This document shows positions 11,996 to 21,877 of a stretch of DNA of 64,000 nt, piece by piece. The notes below the pieces were generated by a model. That model saw nothing but the letters and a program-made list of their open reading frames with translations, did not search any database and was not told the origin of the DNA. The stretch's first letter is position 1, and each line of letters begins with the position of its first letter. The DNA lies in the NCBI GenBank assembly GCA_963776345.1, contig CAVZMH010000015.1, forward strand, positions 512,001 through 576,000. The letters are read 5' to 3'. The DNA comes from an uncultured delta proteobacterium (lineage in GTDB: Bacteria; Myxococcota; Myxococcia; Myxococcales; Myxococcaceae). Both the position numbers and the translations under genes were made by a program.

Positions 11996-13115
11996 CTACT
12001 CCGGAACGGCCCGGTTGGGGTTCTTCACGCCGAGCAGCTGGGCGGTGACGAAGGAATCCAGATCTCCGTCCAGCACCGCGTCCACGTTCCCGGTCTCCAC
12101 CCCGGTCCGGAGGTCCTTCACCAGCCGGTAGGGGGCGAGCACGTAGCTGCGGATCTGCGAGCCGAAGGCGATGTCCTTCTTCTGGGACTCCGCCTCGTCG
12201 CGGGCCTGGTTCCGCTTCTGCAGCTCCAGGTCGTAGAGGCGCGAGCGGAGGATCTTCCAGGCCATGTCCCGGTTGGCGTGCTGGCTGCGCTCGTTCTGCA
12301 TGGCCACCGTGATCCCGGTGGGCACGTGGGTGAGCCGGACCGCGGACGAGGTCTTGTTGACCTTCTGGCCCCCTGCCCCGCTGGCCCGGTACACGTCGAC
12401 GCGCACGTCCTTCTCCGGGATGTCGATGACGATGTCGTCGTCCACCTCGGGGTAGACGGTCACCGAGGCGAAGGAGGTCTGGCGGCGGGCGTTGGCGTCG
12501 AAGGGGCTGATGCGAACCAGCCGGTGCACGCCGTTCTCCGCCTTCAGATACCCGTAGGCGTTCTCGCCGGTCACCTTGATGGAGACGTTCTTCAGGCCCG
12601 CCTCCTCGCCGGCCACGAAGTCGTTGATCTCCACCGTCCAGCCCTTCGACTCGGAATATCTGGAATACATCCTGAGCAGCATCGCCGCCCAGTCCATGGA
12701 CTCGGTGCCACCGGCGCCGGCGTTGATCTCCATGTAGGCATTGGCGTGGTCGTTGTCGCCGGAGAGCATCCGCGCCAGCTCGAGCTTCTCCACCTCGCGC
12801 TCGACGGCATCGAGCGAGCCCTCGGCCTCGGCGCGCGCCGCCTCGTCACCGGCCTCCGCGGCCAGCTCGAGCAGCGTGCGCGCGTCGTCCAAGGCCCGGT
12901 CCACGCGCTCGAAGCCCTGCACCTGCGCCTCGAGGCCGGCCTTCTCCTTGAGGAGACCCTGCGCCCTGGCGTTGTCGCTCCAGAAGTCGGGCTGGGCGGC
13001 GTCGCGCTCGATCAGCGCGATCCGCGACCGCTTGCGGTCGAGGTCAAAGATGCCCCCGGAGCGCGTCCAGGCGCGCCTGCAGGAAGCCGATTCGTTCCGT
13101 CGCGTCGATGGGCAT
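11996..13115 (-). CDS. prfB: Peptide chain release factor 2 (programmed +1 frameshift)
   Basis: ATG 13115 gives 23 codons ending CTT TGA C, then continues +1 into DLDRKRSRIA. SPF anticodon tripeptide and GGQ motif present. Confidence 0.97.
13043..13058 (-). promoter_or_regulatory. prfB +1 ribosomal frameshift site
   Basis: Minus strand CGGGGG-CAT-CTT-TGA-C: internal SD-like element, slippery Leu codon and UGA. Confidence 0.95.
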
Positions 13116-13125
13116 GGCGTGTCAG

Positions 13126-14841
13126 TCAGGGCCGAGCGCGGCGGAGGCGGACCAGGGCCACCAGCCCCGAGAGCCCGGCGAAGAGCGCGGCAAGGTACGC
13201 GGGAACGTCGCCGATGACAACGTACGGAGTGCGGCCCTCGAGGAGCGGCAGGGACGCCATCCGCCATTCGGGGCCGGTCAGCTCCGAGGCGGAGACCGCG
13301 AGCCGGTCGCTGGGGACGATCCCCACCTCGGTGGCGTCGAACACCCGGCCCACCGGGTCGATGAAGGCGCTCACCCCGGTGTTCGCCGCGCGGGCCACCG
13401 GCCGACCCGTCTCCACCGCGCGGGTCGCCACCATGTGCAGGAACTGGAACGGCGCGGAGGAAAAGCCGTACCAGGCGTCGTTGGTCATGTTGACCAGCAC
13501 CTGGGCGCCGTTCCTGGCGTAGGCGCGAGAGATCTCCGGGAAGATGGCGTCGAAGCAGATCTCGATGCCCAGCCGGACCGGCGGCCGGTCGGGGCGGCGG
13601 AGCAGCGCGGGCGAGAGATCGGTCCCCGGGGCGAAGCTCGCCCCGACGATGTTCCCGATGGGGAGCACCTCGTCCAGGTCGAGCGGGATGTACTCGCCGA
13701 ACGGGACCAGGTGGTTCTTCACGTAGTGGTGGGCGACCCCCAGCGTCGGCTCGAGCAGGAAGGCGGCGTTCTCGTTGCCCTTGCGGAGGTTCCTCGGGTC
13801 GAACACGTCCACCCCCACCAGGAGCCCGGCCCGGTAGCCACCGGGGCGGAGCCCGGCCTCGGTCAGCCTCGTCACGCCGGTGGGGAACGCGAGCGGGTAG
13901 CTGCCCTCCGGCCAGACGATGAGCTCGGCGCCGGCCGCGTCGGCGGCGTCGGTGGGCGGCAGGTAGCGGCCGAGGATGGTGGCGGCACGCGAGCCGCCCC
14001 GCCCCATCTTGAGCTTCTGGTCGATGTTGGCCTGCACCAACGCGGCCTTCAGCCGGGGCGCGGCCGCGGCCGCCCGGTCCATCGCCCGGACGTGGAACGC
14101 CCCGTAGAGGTGTCCGAGCACCAGCACCGCCCCGGCGAGGGCCAGCAGCGCCCGTGGCAGTGGCCGCTCGCGGAGCCGCCACCAGCGCCACCCCTCGTAG
14201 AGGGCGCCGTTCACCAGCGCCACCGCGAGCGCGACGCCGTACACGCCGCCCAGGCTGGCCAGCTGGTGGAACCAGAGGTTCCGGGTCTGGGTGTAGCCGA
14301 GGTTGCCCCAGGGGAAGCCCGAGCAGAAGTAGTTCCGCATCAGCTCGGTGGCCATCCACACCGGGCCGATGGTCCAGCCCATGCTCCAGCCGAGCCCGCG
14401 CTCGAGAAGCCGCACCAGGCCGGTGGCGATGGCCCAGTGCACCGCGCACCAGGCCACCAGCAGCTCGAGCGCGGGGATGCTGAGCCAGTTCGGCATCCCG
14501 CCGAACGTCACCATGGCCACGTTCACCCACCAGAACGCGCCGGTGAAGAACGCCATGCCGGCGAGCATCCCGGCGCCGAGCGCCCGCCACGGCGACAGCC
14601 GCCGGATGGCGAGGAGCATCGGGACCAGGCAGACGAAGGCCAGCGGCTCGAGCACGCCGGAGGCGAACAGCTCGCGCCGGGGCCCGACCGGGAACGCGAT
14701 GGGAAACGCGGCGGCGCCGAGCAGGCCGGTGAGCACCAGCGCGCCCAGCCGCCACGGCACGAGGACCCGCTCTCGGCGGGGCGGCGAGGCCGGCAGCGGG
14801 CGGGGGGTCTCGAACGGGGGCGGAAGGGCGACGGCGGACAT
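13126..14841 (-). CDS. lnt: Apolipoprotein N-acyltransferase
   Basis: GFPWGNLGYTQ, WPE, KNHLVPFGEYIP, EICFD, NDAWYG and RAANTGVS (nitrilase E-K-C triad). Confidence 0.95.
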   Translation of the reverse strand: MSAVALPPPFETPRPLPASPPRRERVLVPWRLGALVLTGLLGAAAFPIAFPVGPRRELFASGVLEPLAFVCLVPMLLAIRRLSPWRALGAGMLAGMAFFTGAFWWVNVAMVTFGGMPNWLSIPALELLVAWCAVHWAIATGLVRLLERGLGWSMGWTIGPVWMATELMRNYFCSGFPWGNLGYTQTRNLWFHQLASLGGVYGVALAVALVNGALYEGWRWWRLRERPLPRALLALAGAVLVLGHLYGAFHVRAMDRAAAAAPRLKAALVQANIDQKLKMGRGGSRAATILGRYLPPTDAADAAGAELIVWPEGSYPLAFPTGVTRLTEAGLRPGGYRAGLLVGVDVFDPRNLRKGNENAAFLLEPTLGVAHHYVKNHLVPFGEYIPLDLDEVLPIGNIVGASFAPGTDLSPALLRRPDRPPVRLGIEICFDAIFPEISRAYARNGAQVLVNMTNDAWYGFSSAPFQFLHMVATRAVETGRPVARAANTGVSAFIDPVGRVFDATEVGIVPSDRLAVSASELTGPEWRMASLPLLEGRTPYVVIGDVPAYLAALFAGLSGLVALVRLRRARP

Positions 14842-14907
14842 TCGTGCGGTGGTGCTCCTACCAGAACCCGCGGCGGCGCGGGTGTCGTCCCCAGAATCGA
14901 ACGTCGG

Positions 14908-15393
14908 TCAGCGAGCGTGCACCATCCCCGCCCGGCCGAGCAGCCGGCTCTCCAGGGCGGCCATCCGCTCGGCGTCCCGGCGCCGGTGGTGGTCGTGGCC
15001 GAGCAGGTGAAGGAGCCCGTGGGCCAGGTACAGGTCGAGCTCCTGGGCGAGGGTGCGGCGATGGAGCCGCGCCTGCCGGCGGGCGGTGTCCAGGGAGAGG
15101 ATGACGTCGCCTAGGTGGCGGGGGCCCAGAAGGCCCGGCGGCGGCGCGCCGGCGGGGAAGCTGAGGACGTCGGTCGGTCGGTTCTTCCGCCGCCAGCTCC
15201 GGTTGAGCGCCTGGATGCCCGGGTCGTCGGTGAGGAGGACCGAGAGCTCGACGTCCTCGAGCTCGAGGGTGTCCAGGAACCGGCCGGCGCTGCGACGGAG
15301 CTGCCGGAGGTGGGCCCCGGCGCCGGTGGGCCCGGCGGAGCGGACCTCCACCACGGGAGCGTTGCGGGTGCGACGCGACCGGCGGGCGTTCAT
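14908..15393 (-). CDS. ybeY: rRNA maturation endoribonuclease YbeY
   Basis: PTDVLSFP, LGDVILS and HGLLHLLGHDH. Confidence 0.93.
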   Translation of the reverse strand: MNARRSRRTRNAPVVEVRSAGPTGAGAHLRQLRRSAGRFLDTLELEDVELSVLLTDDPGIQALNRSWRRKNRPTDVLSFPAGAPPPGLLGPRHLGDVILSLDTARRQARLHRRTLAQELDLYLAHGLLHLLGHDHHRRRDAERMAALESRLLGRAGMVHAR

Positions 15394-15585
15394 CGGCGCC
15401 GATGGTAACCTCGACGGGCGTTCATCGCGGACACCTCACCGCCGGAGAATAAAGCCCGGTTCAGGGCACGCGCGGCTGACCCATCAGGTTCTGGGTTCCC
15501 TTGTCGCTCCAGGCCCCCGAGGTACCCCAGCGGCTCTCGGCGCGGCCCAGGGTCGCGACGGCAGCCCTGCCCCGGCCCGCCACCG

Positions 15586-17925
15586 TCAGCGCCGCTGGAC
15601 GGTCCGGGTCTCCGGAGCGAGTGCCAGTCCCGGCGGGCGCGCACCGCCCAGCGCCCCGGGCGGGTACACCGGCCGCGAGTGGTAGATGCCCAGGAGCGTG
15701 TGCAGGAACGAGACGGAGATGGCGTTCAGGTCCCGCAGCGTGAGGTCGCACTCGTCGAGCTGTCCCTCGGTGAACACCGCGGTGATGATCCGCTGGACCA
15801 GCGCATGGAGCCGCTCGCTGGTGGGCTCCGGCATCGCCCGGCTCGCGGCCTCCACAGCGTCGGCCAGCATCACCAGCGCCGACTCGCGGAACTGCGGCCG
15901 GGGCCCGGTGTAACGGAACACCGAATCCTCCACCGCCCCCTCGGCCTCCTTGAGCGCCTTGTGGTGGAAGTAACCCACCAGCCGCGTGCCGTGGTGCTGG
16001 GCGATGACGTCCTGCACCGCTCGCGGGAGCTTGTAGCGCCGCGCCAGCTCCAGCCCGTCGGTCACGTGGCGCTTGATGATGACCGCGCTCATCCCCGGGG
16101 CGAGGCAGTCGTGGGGGTTCTCCCCCTTCTGGTTCTCGCCGAAGTAGAGCGGGTTCTTCCCCTTCCCGATGTCGTGGTAGTAGGCGCAGGTCCTGGCGAG
16201 CAGCGGGTTGCAGCCGGTCGCCTCCGCCGCCGCCTCGACCAGGCTCCCGACGATGATGCTGTGGTGGTAGGTGCCGGGGCTCTGGACGATGAGCTCCTTG
16301 AGCGCCGGGTGGTTCAGGTTGGCCAGCTCCAGCAGCTTGAGATCGCTCGCGTAGCCGAACCCGGCCTCGAGCAGCGGGGTCAGCGCCAGCGCCAGCGTGG
16401 GCACGATCAGCGCGGACCCCAGGCCCGCGAAGCAGGCCGCGAGCAGCGCGTCACGCGGAGGCCCCTTCCCCGCCGCGAGCGCGAAGGCCAGCACCACCCC
16501 GGCGTTCACCACCCCGACCCAGATCCCGCTCCGGAACAGGGCCGCGCGGTCGCGCGCCCGCGCCACCTGCGTCGCCGCCACCAGGCTCCCGAGCAGCCCG
16601 TAGACGGCGAAGAAGAGCGAGTTGCCGAGCATCACCCCCACCAGCACCGAGAGCACGAGCCCGAAGAACAGGGCCAGCTCCTGGTTCAGGAGCAGGCGGA
16701 CCAGCATCGCGCCCGCCGCCACCGGGAGCAGCACCAGGAGCGCGTGCAACGGCAGCGCTGGCCAGCGGTCGTGGAGCGCCTCGGCCACCGCCGCCGCCAG
16801 CCGGAAGGCGCCGAGGAGCACCACCAGGAGCACGCCGAGCAGGAGCCCATCGCGCCGGGTGGGCCGGAACCTCCGGAAGGCCTTGCGGTGGAACGTCCAG
16901 ATGCCCGCGAGCAGCAGCGCCACCAGGGCGGCGGTTCCCCCGCTCGCCTCGACCATGTCGAAGCGGTCGGTCTGGGCCCGCATCGCGTCGAGCATCCGGA
17001 GGTGGTCCGGGGTGACCAGCTCGCCGTCGCCGATGATCTTCTGGCCCTTCTTGATCTGGATGACCGCGTCCTTCACCGCCGCGCCGGCGATCGCCCTCCG
17101 CCGCTCGGTCTCGGCGATGTTCGCGGTGAGGTTGGGCCGGAGCGCGCGCTTGGCGATGCGCAGCACCGCCCGGCGGAGCAGCGCCGGGGCGTCGGGCAGG
17201 AGGTTGCCCGGCAGCGTCGCCCAGCGGTCCATCTCCGCCCGGGCCTCGCGGACGTCGAGCACCGCGGGCGGCACGACCGCGCTCGGATGCTCCGGGCCGT
17301 CGTTGAGGTCGCGGATGGTCAGGGAGCTCCCGGCCGGTCCGAGGTCCTCGCGTGCACCCACCACCGGCGCCAGGAAGCCCCGGGAGACGACCGCGAGCAC
17401 CGCGTGCTCGACCTCGGGCGGCGCGCGCGAGTCCGCCAGCGCCTTCCAGTCCTCGTCGTCGACCTCGAACAGCCGCTGCTCGAACGCCTGCCGCGCCTGG
17501 GCGAGGACCGAGCCGTCCACCGGCTCCGCCTTGCGCCTTGCCGGGGCGGCCCGCCCGGGCGGATCCGGACGGCCGAGCGCGGCCCGGAAGGCCCCGAAAG
17601 CGTCCCGCACCGCCGCGTGGACCTCGGGCACCACGGCGGGGTTGAAGTCAAACACCGGACGGACGCCGGCCCGGGCCTCCTGGCGGCGCCGGTCGGTCAG
17701 CGCCGCGTCCGGCAGGTCGTAGTCACGGGTGGCCTTGAAACCCGCCGCCGAGGGGCTCTCGAATGGCCGCCCGACGTCCTCCGGGCGCAGCTGGGGCAGC
17801 GTCTGCACCGCAAACCCGGGGGCGACGAGGAGCCCGGCCAGCACCGACACCACGCCGAGCAGGGTCAGCGCAGGAAGGGCGCGCCGGAGGCGCTCGCGCC
17901 ACGGGCTCTTCGCATCGTCGTCCAA
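15586..17925 (-). CDS. 7TM-HD (7TMR-HDED/HDIG) membrane phosphohydrolase, PgpH/YqfF-like
   Basis: N-terminal TM, large extracytoplasmic domain, ~7 TM, then PGTYHHS, YYHDIGK, HHGT and MLADAVEAASR. Confidence 0.9.
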   Translation of the reverse strand: MDDDAKSPWRERLRRALPALTLLGVVSVLAGLLVAPGFAVQTLPQLRPEDVGRPFESPSAAGFKATRDYDLPDAALTDRRRQEARAGVRPVFDFNPAVVPEVHAAVRDAFGAFRAALGRPDPPGRAAPARRKAEPVDGSVLAQARQAFEQRLFEVDDEDWKALADSRAPPEVEHAVLAVVSRGFLAPVVGAREDLGPAGSSLTIRDLNDGPEHPSAVVPPAVLDVREARAEMDRWATLPGNLLPDAPALLRRAVLRIAKRALRPNLTANIAETERRRAIAGAAVKDAVIQIKKGQKIIGDGELVTPDHLRMLDAMRAQTDRFDMVEASGGTAALVALLLAGIWTFHRKAFRRFRPTRRDGLLLGVLLVVLLGAFRLAAAVAEALHDRWPALPLHALLVLLPVAAGAMLVRLLLNQELALFFGLVLSVLVGVMLGNSLFFAVYGLLGSLVAATQVARARDRAALFRSGIWVGVVNAGVVLAFALAAGKGPPRDALLAACFAGLGSALIVPTLALALTPLLEAGFGYASDLKLLELANLNHPALKELIVQSPGTYHHSIIVGSLVEAAAEATGCNPLLARTCAYYHDIGKGKNPLYFGENQKGENPHDCLAPGMSAVIIKRHVTDGLELARRYKLPRAVQDVIAQHHGTRLVGYFHHKALKEAEGAVEDSVFRYTGPRPQFRESALVMLADAVEAASRAMPEPTSERLHALVQRIITAVFTEGQLDECDLTLRDLNAISVSFLHTLLGIYHSRPVYPPGALGGARPPGLALAPETRTVQRR

Positions 17926-18072
17926 GAGCCGGGGACCCTAGGGTCGAGGAGCGAACCCGGACAAGGCGAGAGGCGTGGGGCGAGCAGCCGGCGGTGTCCC
18001 GTCCCCGGGCAGCGGCGGTGTCTTCCCGGGTGGGCGGTCAGGTCCGGCCGGCGGAGCCCGCCCCCCAGGGCC

Positions 18073-20523
18073 TCACTCGGCCCTGAGCGCTTCCTGCGGG
18101 TCCACCCGGGTCGCGCGGTCCGCGGGGAGGATCGCCGCGGCCAGCGTGACCAGCGAGAGCATCGCCGCCGCCGCGAGCGCGGTGGGCGGGTCGGACGGGG
18201 CGACGCCGTAGAGGAGACGCTCCAGCGAGCGTCCGAGGAGCAGCGCGCCTCCGAGCCCGGCCACGATGCCGATGCCCGCCAGGGCCAGCGCCCGACGGAG
18301 CACCCACCACCGCACCGAGCGGGCCGAGGCCCCGATGGCCATCCGGATGCCGATCTCCCGCGTGCGCTGGGCGACGCTGAAGGCCAGTACCCCGTACACG
18401 CCGGCCGCGGCCAGCACCACCGCCAGCCCGGCGAAGAGGCCGAGGAGCACGCCCGCCGCGCGCGGCGCCGACACCGAGTCCGAGACCCGGTCCTCCAGCG
18501 TCCTCACGTCGAACAGCGACAGGCCGGGGTCCACCGCCGCGAGCTCCCGGCGGGCCGCGCTCGCCAGCGGGGCCAGGGCGTCGCGGCTCCGGAGCACGAA
18601 GCTCACTCGGTCCGACGAGGGCTCCTGGTCGAAGGGAAGGTACATCTCGGCCCGGGGCCGGCTGGCGAGCCCGTCGTGATGAACGTCGCCCACCACGCCC
18701 ACGATGCGCCGCCAGGGCTCGTGGTTGTCGGCGTCGTCGCCCCCCGGACGGATGCGGGCTCCGATGGGAGACCGGTCCGGGAAGAACCTCCTCACCGCTT
18801 CGACGTTCACCAGCGCCACCGGTTCGGCGCCGGACCGGTCGGTGTCCTCGAGCGACCGCCCCTCCTTGAGGGGAATGCCCATCGCCTCGACGTACCCGCT
18901 GGAGGCCAGCCGGTACTCGATGCCGGGCACCTCGTCCTTTCCGAAGGGGTGGCCCTGGATGGAGAAGTTGCCGTTCATGTTGCTGCCGCTCAGCGGGAGG
19001 TCGTTCACTGCCCCGGCGTAGGTGACGCCCGGGAGCGCGCGGAGCCGCGTCTGCAGCGACGAGACCATCGCCGCACGGGCGGCGTCGTCCTTGTAGCGCT
19101 CGTCCGGCAGCTGCACCCGGAAGGCGGTCGCCTGCTCCGGGCGGAAGCCGGGGTCCTGCCGGAGCATCCGCTGCACGCTCTGGAGCACCAGCGCCGCGCC
19201 GAGCAGCGGGGCGAGCGCGAGCGCCACCTCGAAGACCACCAGCGCGGACTGGAGCCAGCCGGTCCGGTGTCCCAGCGCGGTTCGCATCTCCCCACGCACG
19301 GCGGCGAGGTCTCCGCGGGCGAGCAGGAGCGAGGGCAGCACGCCGAAGAGCGCGGTGGTGAGGATGCAGAGCCCGGCGGAGAAGAGCAGGACCCTGAGGT
19401 CAAGCCCCACGCCCTGCGCCAGCGCGGGAGCGCGGATCGGGAGCGCGCCCCGGAGCACCGAGGAGCCGGCCCAGCCCACCAGGAGACCCAGCGCCGTCCC
19501 CACGACGGAGAGCACACCGGCCTCCACCAGGAGCGCGCGCGCCACCTGCCAGCGATCGGCGCCCAGCGCCATTCGCACCGCGACCTCCCGCCGCCGGGCG
19601 GCCCCGCGCGCGAGCAGGAGGTTCGCCAGGTTCACGCAGGCGATCAGCAGGACCAGGCCCACCACCGCCCCCAGGGCCCCGAGCGAGCTCCGGGCCTCCC
19701 CGAGCAGCTCGTCGCTCCACTGGACGACCTTCACCCCGTGCGCACCGGTGTCCGGGTTCTCCCGGGCGAGGTCCTGGGCGATCGCCGAGAGCTCCTTCTG
19801 CGCCGAGGCCACCGTCGCCCCTGGCGCGAGCCGCGCGATGGCGACGAGGAAGTGCTGGCCCCGTGGCGAGCTCGCCGGGTCGATCTGGAGCGGCACCCAG
19901 ACGTCCGAGTCACCGAGCCAGTGAGGCTGCTCGCGCACCACGCCGAGGACCAGATGGTCGCGCCCGTCGAGGCGGATGGTGCGCCCCACCACCTCCGGTC
20001 GCCCGGCGAAGTGGCGGCGCCAGAAGCGCTCGCCGAGCAGCGCGACCGCGGGGCCTCCGGCGCGGTCCTCGTCGTCGACGAACTCGCGACCGAGCAGCGG
20101 CGGCAGCCCGAGCACGCGGAAGGCGCCCGCGTTGATGCGCTGGGCGGACACCCGCATCGGCTCGCCGTCCCCGGACAGGCTCCTGTTGGTCTGGGTGAAC
20201 AGCGCGATGCCCGACAGGGTTCGTGCGCGGGCGGCCCAGTCGCGGGCATCGGGGACGGACACCGAGGCGCGAGGGAACTCCTGCTGGACGTCGTAGAGCC
20301 GCACCAGCTGCTCGGGGGCCCGGTACGCGAGCGGACGCAGCAGCACCGCGTTGACCAGGGTGAAGACGGCGGTGGTGGCCCCGGTGGCGAGCGCGAGGGT
20401 GAGGACCGCAGTGGCGGTGAAGCCCCGGTCCTTCGCCAGGCGCCGGACCGCCACCCGCACGTCCTTTCCCATCCCGGCCAGGGGGCGTGGACTCGACGAG
20501 GAGCCGGGGGAGGAGCGGGTCAT
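18073..20523 (-). CDS. Duplicated MacB/FtsX-type ABC permease (ADOP-like)
   Basis: Two MacB-PCD/FtsX repeats: LLIACVNLANLLLAR..RRREVAVRMALGA and QRTREIGIRMAIGA. An alternative start lies at ~20472. Confidence 0.9.
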   Translation of the reverse strand: MTRSSPGSSSSPRPLAGMGKDVRVAVRRLAKDRGFTATAVLTLALATGATTAVFTLVNAVLLRPLAYRAPEQLVRLYDVQQEFPRASVSVPDARDWAARARTLSGIALFTQTNRSLSGDGEPMRVSAQRINAGAFRVLGLPPLLGREFVDDEDRAGGPAVALLGERFWRRHFAGRPEVVGRTIRLDGRDHLVLGVVREQPHWLGDSDVWVPLQIDPASSPRGQHFLVAIARLAPGATVASAQKELSAIAQDLARENPDTGAHGVKVVQWSDELLGEARSSLGALGAVVGLVLLIACVNLANLLLARGAARRREVAVRMALGADRWQVARALLVEAGVLSVVGTALGLLVGWAGSSVLRGALPIRAPALAQGVGLDLRVLLFSAGLCILTTALFGVLPSLLLARGDLAAVRGEMRTALGHRTGWLQSALVVFEVALALAPLLGAALVLQSVQRMLRQDPGFRPEQATAFRVQLPDERYKDDAARAAMVSSLQTRLRALPGVTYAGAVNDLPLSGSNMNGNFSIQGHPFGKDEVPGIEYRLASSGYVEAMGIPLKEGRSLEDTDRSGAEPVALVNVEAVRRFFPDRSPIGARIRPGGDDADNHEPWRRIVGVVGDVHHDGLASRPRAEMYLPFDQEPSSDRVSFVLRSRDALAPLASAARRELAAVDPGLSLFDVRTLEDRVSDSVSAPRAAGVLLGLFAGLAVVLAAAGVYGVLAFSVAQRTREIGIRMAIGASARSVRWWVLRRALALAGIGIVAGLGGALLLGRSLERLLYGVAPSDPPTALAAAAMLSLVTLAAAILPADRATRVDPQEALRAE

Positions 20524-20537
20524 GCCGGGCCGTGCTC

Positions 20538-20553
20538 AGCGAACGGCGTGCCA
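20538..20553 (-). promoter_or_regulatory. Candidate sigma54 -24/-12 promoter of the permease
   Basis: Minus strand TGGCACGCCGTTCGCT (GG-N10-GC) just upstream of the ATG. Confidence 0.65.
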
Positions 20554-20769
20554 TCCGCCTTCCCGCGACGGAACGCCGGGGGCACGGGGGCACACCTTGC
20601 CGGGACGCCGGCCCCGACGGTCAGGCGCGGGACCCGCCATCCCATTTCCGGACACACCCAGGAACGGACGGGGGCCTCGGGCGGCTCGGGTCAGGGAGGG
20701 ACCGAGGCAGGGCCGGGAGAGGGCCGGGAGTGTCAGACACCTCGGACCGGCGCGGGAGGCGTCCGCGGA

Positions 20770-21825
20770 TCAGCTCGGCTCGGGCTCCGGCGAGGGCGCG
20801 GGGGTGGCGCCCTCGGTGCGGGCTGTCTCCGCCTTCGCCTCGGCGTCCGCCCGGTCGTAGGCGCGGATGACCTCCTGCACCAGCGGATGGCGAACCACGT
20901 CCACCTCGCTGAAGGTGCAGAAGGCGATGCCCTCCACGCCCTCCAGGATGCGCCGGGCGTGCGAGAGCCCCGACGGGCGGCCCTGCGGCAGGTCCACCTG
21001 GGTCACGTCGCCGGTCACCACCGCCTTGCTGTGGAAGCCGAGCCGGGTGAGGAACATCTTCATCTGCTCGACGGTGGTGTTCTGCGCCTCGTCGAGGATG
21101 ACGAACGCGTCGTTCAGCGTCCGCCCGCGCATGAAGGCCAGCGGCGCAACCTCCACCGTCCCCTGCTCCACCAGCTGGGCGGCGCGGTCCGCGTCCATCA
21201 TGTCGTGGAGCGCGTCGTAGAGCGGCCGGAGGTAAGGGTTCACCTTCTCCGCCAGGTCCCCCGGGAGGAAGCCCAGCTTCTCGCCGGCCTCGACCGCCGG
21301 CCGGGCGAGGACGATGCGCTTCACGCTGCGGGCCTGCAGCTCCGCGACCGCCATGGCCATCGCCAGGTACGTCTTCCCGGTCCCGGCGGGGCCGATACCG
21401 AACACGATGTCATGGCGGCGGATGGCGTCGACGTAGCGCTTCTGCCCGAGACTCTTCGGGGCGACGTGGCGGCCCCCGCGCGAGAGCACCGGCCCGAGGA
21501 CGAGCGTGTCGAGCCCGTGCTCCCCTGAGCCGCCCCGCCCGAGCATCTTCAAGCCCTGCTCCACGTCCTCGCGGCCCACCGGCTGGCCGGCGCGAAGGAT
21601 GGTCTCCAGCTGCTCCACCAGGCGCACCGCGGAGGCCACGGCGTCCGCCGGCCCGGACAGGTGCAGCTCGGTGCCGCGCTGGCCGACCCGCACCCCCAGC
21701 CGGCGCTCGATGGCCCTGAGGTTCTCGGCGTGGTTGCCGGACACGCCGAGGGCGACGTCGTTGTCCCGGAGGTCCACCCGGGCGGTGGTCACGAGCGAGG
21801 TGTCACGGGGCGAAGCGGTGGGCAA
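20770..21825 (-). CDS. phoH: PhoH-family ATPase (YbeZ/PhoL type)
   Basis: N-terminal KH-like region, [27 protein letters not shown] and DEAQN. Confidence 0.95.
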   Translation of the reverse strand: MPTASPRDTSLVTTARVDLRDNDVALGVSGNHAENLRAIERRLGVRVGQRGTELHLSGPADAVASAVRLVEQLETILRAGQPVGREDVEQGLKMLGRGGSGEHGLDTLVLGPVLSRGGRHVAPKSLGQKRYVDAIRRHDIVFGIGPAGTGKTYLAMAMAVAELQARSVKRIVLARPAVEAGEKLGFLPGDLAEKVNPYLRPLYDALHDMMDADRAAQLVEQGTVEVAPLAFMRGRTLNDAFVILDEAQNTTVEQMKMFLTRLGFHSKAVVTGDVTQVDLPQGRPSGLSHARRILEGVEGIAFCTFSEVDVVRHPLVQEVIRAYDRADAEAKAETARTEGATPAPSPEPEPS

Positions 21826-21877
21826 CGGTTCCTTTCGGGTGCGCCCAGGGGGCGGGCGCGGGCAGCAGTCTCGAAGG

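Noticed and set aside
11996..14755. 919-aa ORF suggesting a large RF2 fusion
   Set aside because: The N-terminal part is an off-frame read of lnt. The real prfB starts at 13115 and uses the programmed frameshift.
15679..21528. 1949-aa plus-strand ORF and similar very long antisense ORFs (21506-25198, 5040-7442, 8123-10609)
   Set aside because: These are shadow frames of well-supported minus-strand genes in very high-GC DNA, with no recognisable domains.
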